Shown in pieces: positions 61,401 through 64,000 of a DNA stretch of 64,000 nucleotides. Positions within the stretch are counted from its first letter, which is position 1. Every line of letters begins with the position of its first letter. Both the position numbers and the translations under genes were made by a program. Below the pieces are notes generated by a model. The model searched no databases. It was given only the letters and a program-made list of their open reading frames with translations, and was not told where the DNA came from. The stretch is from Pocillopora damicornis (Eukaryota). The stretch covers positions 1 through 64,000 of the forward strand of contig NW_020843823.1 of assembly GCF_003704095.1 (NCBI RefSeq), written 5' to 3'.

Positions 61401-63712
61401 AATGTCGTAAGTATCGCTGACAACTTGCTGATTCAACGTCAAACTTTGGGTCGTCGGTCTACAAGGACTGTGGAAAGATCATGAAATTACGAATTTATAA
61501 ATACCAAAATTTGGAAATTTTGTTAACTTATTGGCGTTATGAGAGCCATCTTAAGTGAACGCTTACCTTATCAACTTTTTAAAAGACGTCCTATGAAACA
61601 CGCCATCACATGACCCGTTTGGGAGTGAAACAGTCAGCACTGATTCATTGGAGTCAACTTGTGTTGAAGAAGCAAGAATCTGTAGTGCTTTTAATGCTGT
61701 GTAATAAAGTTCAACAATAATGAAATTAATAATAATAATGTACATGAAAACATTACGCGCTTCTGATTGGCTGAAAACGAGTGCATTCTCATGTATATAA
61801 ATAGCGAGCGCACGCTTTCAAAATTTCATCTGTCTTGAATTTTTGTGATGTTTATTTGTATATTATTAACAAGTAATAACACGATTTATCTCGCAAAATT
61901 TGGTGTAATAAGCACTTGTAAATTTTTAAAAGACTACAAATTGCACTTGCCTTTCGGACTCGTGCAATTTTGTTGTCTTTGAAAAGTGTACTTGTGCTTA
62001 TTGACACCAAATTGCGCTAGAAATCATGTTATTACTTATACTAACTGAATTCAACGCTGCGTAATAAATTTCAACAATAATAAAATTAATAATTCAATGA
62101 ATTTTTTCCAAGTGCGTACATAGTGAAGCTATCTACGAGGACTCTATGCTAATTAAGAGTTTTAAATTGTCCCTACCTATTGTTTCTTACCTATTGTTTC
62201 TTCCGACATGTTAAGTTTAACTCCGATCAAGTTTGAAATGCCAATCGGCATGTCCTGATGCCGATCGTTTGTAACGTTTAAGGCTTGAATGACTGCCTCC
62301 GTTCCAATCCAAAGAAAATCTTCGGAAACCATCCCTAACTTCGTCGCAATCTTAAAAACAGTTCTTACCAACTCTTCCCCACAGGTCAAAACGATCACTT
62401 TGATTTCCTGGATTTTAATCTTAGTTAATACTTCTGTAACTTGAACCACAAGTGTAGTGAAGTCAGCATACTTTCCTTTGGATACGAGCGGTGTCATGAA
62501 GACATAACCATTCCGATTTGTATCCGGTGAAAAACCCTCCTGAGCTAGCTTCTCGTTTTCTGTGTGCATTTCATACACGATAGAATATTTTTTAACTTTA
62601 AGAAAATCTAGTGTGGCTTGAATCACTTTAGATTGTTGAGTTACGGGAGGTTGAAGATATTTGTAGTTATAATACACCTCCTAATGGACGAGAAAAATGT
62701 TCAGAAAATATGATATGTTAGGATATTACAACGAAGCATCTACTGAATTGATTAATGGCATAGGTAAATAAATATATCACTTGATATCACAAATATCACC
62801 TGACTTTGTAAGCAGCGACTTTATCATTCTTTTCAGGCGAGACATTGTATTCTTCTAGAACTTTAGGCTTGGATAAAATTTCGAAGTAGGGTTACTCGTT
62901 GCACTTATCTATAAATATTGAAAGATGTGTCTTGCCACTTGGTATCAACGTAAACCACGCAACAAAGTCAGTTTCACAGGCACTTTCTCGCAAAATCGCG
63001 CTTCCGAACCATGATAATTTTCGCCAAAAAAAATTTCCAAACTTTGATCTTTGCGAACAGTTTCAAGAGACTACTGACCTTTTTTCACTTCAGAATCCAC
63101 ACTTATGACTTAATCTTAAGGTTTACTAACTGTTTATGACCGTGGTCGAAATGACCGGCACTCTATTTTTTGGTCAGCCTGGTGAAATGAAAGTCGTACA
63201 TGTAAAAATTTCTAAGAAGTAGGAATCGCATCCCACTAGACTTAAACGCCGTTGACTGGTGGACACTGATTTATATTCGTCTCTAAATGCATGCAACTAA
63301 CCTGATTCTCCATCGCCGAATCCCTGTTTGTACCCAAACTTAGCAGGGGAACAACCGCCAACATTTTCGTGAACTTGTAAACTGTTAAACCTTCGGTCGC
63401 AAGAAAAACTGCCTGAACTTTTCGTGGCAGTAACTCATGGCACAGCGTATCTAGAATTTTTCTAAAGGAGTTCAAGTCTGTTTTAGAAACAGCTATAAAT
63501 TCAAACTTTACTTTTTGCGACAGCTTGTCGTTCAGTCTCAAAGCATCATGAAAAATTTTAGTCCAGTTTGTATTTGAAGATGTATTAGTGATAAGACCCA
63601 ACGGAATGGTTGGGTTTTCTTGTGCTGAAATCACAGTGTTAAAAAAAAGTACCAGGCTGTATGCTGTAGCAATAATCACCGTCGAATATTTGTAGAACAT
63701 CACTGAAGACAT
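58416..63712 (-). CDS. NMDA-type ionotropic glutamate receptor subunit, ~954 aa. Exons 63712-63302, 62680-62191, 61696-61567, 61467-60396, 59719-59556, 59013-58416
   Basis: Signal peptide and ATD. S1 has a Cys-rich loop, YLVPDGKYG, WNGMIGEV and TINAQRSQVVDFT. M1-M3 include PRSLSARLV and TYTANLAA; S2 has GTLKSSSTE and GYGL; M4 is GVFVLVAAGI. Phases close. Confidence 0.9.
59178..59326 (+). mobile_element. Penelope/retrozyme-like repeat with a hammerhead core variant, in an iGluR intron
   Basis: CTGATGG-A-GAGC-taac-GCTC-GAAA-C-GTC-AGC; the remainder matches the family. Confidence 0.6.
59976..60186. mobile_element. TTAA-flanked MITE, near-complete copy
   Basis: TTAAACCTTT...TAAGGGTTAA imperfect terminal inverted repeats with TTAA ends. 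Confidence 0.8.
61735..62045. mobile_element. Interspersed repeat with a long internal palindrome, flanked by a ~38-bp direct duplication
   Basis: Inverted arms taataac...aaatttggtg...aagcac...aaagac...aaattgcac / gtgcaattt...gtcttt...gtgctt...caccaaatt...gttatta. Confidence 0.6.
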
Positions 63713-64000
63713 AATTTGTAGTGAATACTTGGTATGATACAAAATGAAAAGATGTACTGTCCGCGCTGAACCTGCGATGAAATTACTAAGCTTACATCCA
63801 TGCAGAGCTCATTACTTGAACCTTTGGGGAGCTCTTCTGGGTAAATTCGTACTTTGTACACTGGTGTTCACTGATTCTTCCAGAGTTCTCGGTAGGATTT
63901 GAACGGTTTGGTTGAATACAGCCCAAGTAGCTAGGCGCAAATCACGAAATTTCTTCGGTTAACCAAAGCTAATTGTGGTTTTTGAGTTGCGGTAAAAAAA

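Noticed and set aside
62800-62856. Exon-like segment in iGluR intron 1
   Set aside because: Its phase is incompatible with the flanking phase-0 exons, which join cleanly without it.
6037-63712. A functional synaptic endocytosis gene cluster (clathrin light chain, endophilin, ADAM10, NMDA receptor)
   Set aside because: The genes are interspersed with unrelated housekeeping genes and show no shared regulatory signal. Ancestral linkage or chance explains the arrangement.

Overview
Eukaryotic, intron-rich, AT-rich genomic window with three 100-N scaffold gaps. Gene content and repeat style suggest a cnidarian, probably a scleractinian coral (inference). I reconstructed 11 protein-coding genes by hand, checking splice sites and exon phases: DNAJC19/TIM14 (-), clathrin light chain (+), a BOK-like Bcl-2 protein (-), ADAM10 (-), XPNPEP3/Icp55 (+), ANKRD45-like (+), an intronless endophilin-A (-), WDR46/UTP7 (+), RPS18 (-), KLHL20 (-) and an NMDA-type ionotropic glutamate receptor subunit (-). 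The window also holds a duplicated DNAJC19/CLTA bidirectional promoter, an inverted clathrin light chain fragment, TTAA-type MITEs and Penelope/retrozyme-like repeats with minimal hammerhead ribozyme cores. Best candidate for something new: an exon in XPNPEP3 intron 2 encoding a signal anchor, stalk and furin site, phase-compatible with the catalytic exons, which would turn a mitochondrial peptidase into a membrane or secreted enzyme. Other highlights are a duplicated ADAM10 acceptor that could yield a soluble truncated protease, a His at the Q/R/N pore site of the iGluR, and proto-MHC-like linkage (RPS18-WDR46, ANKRD45-KLHL20). Gene names come from remembered protein motifs, not from database searches.
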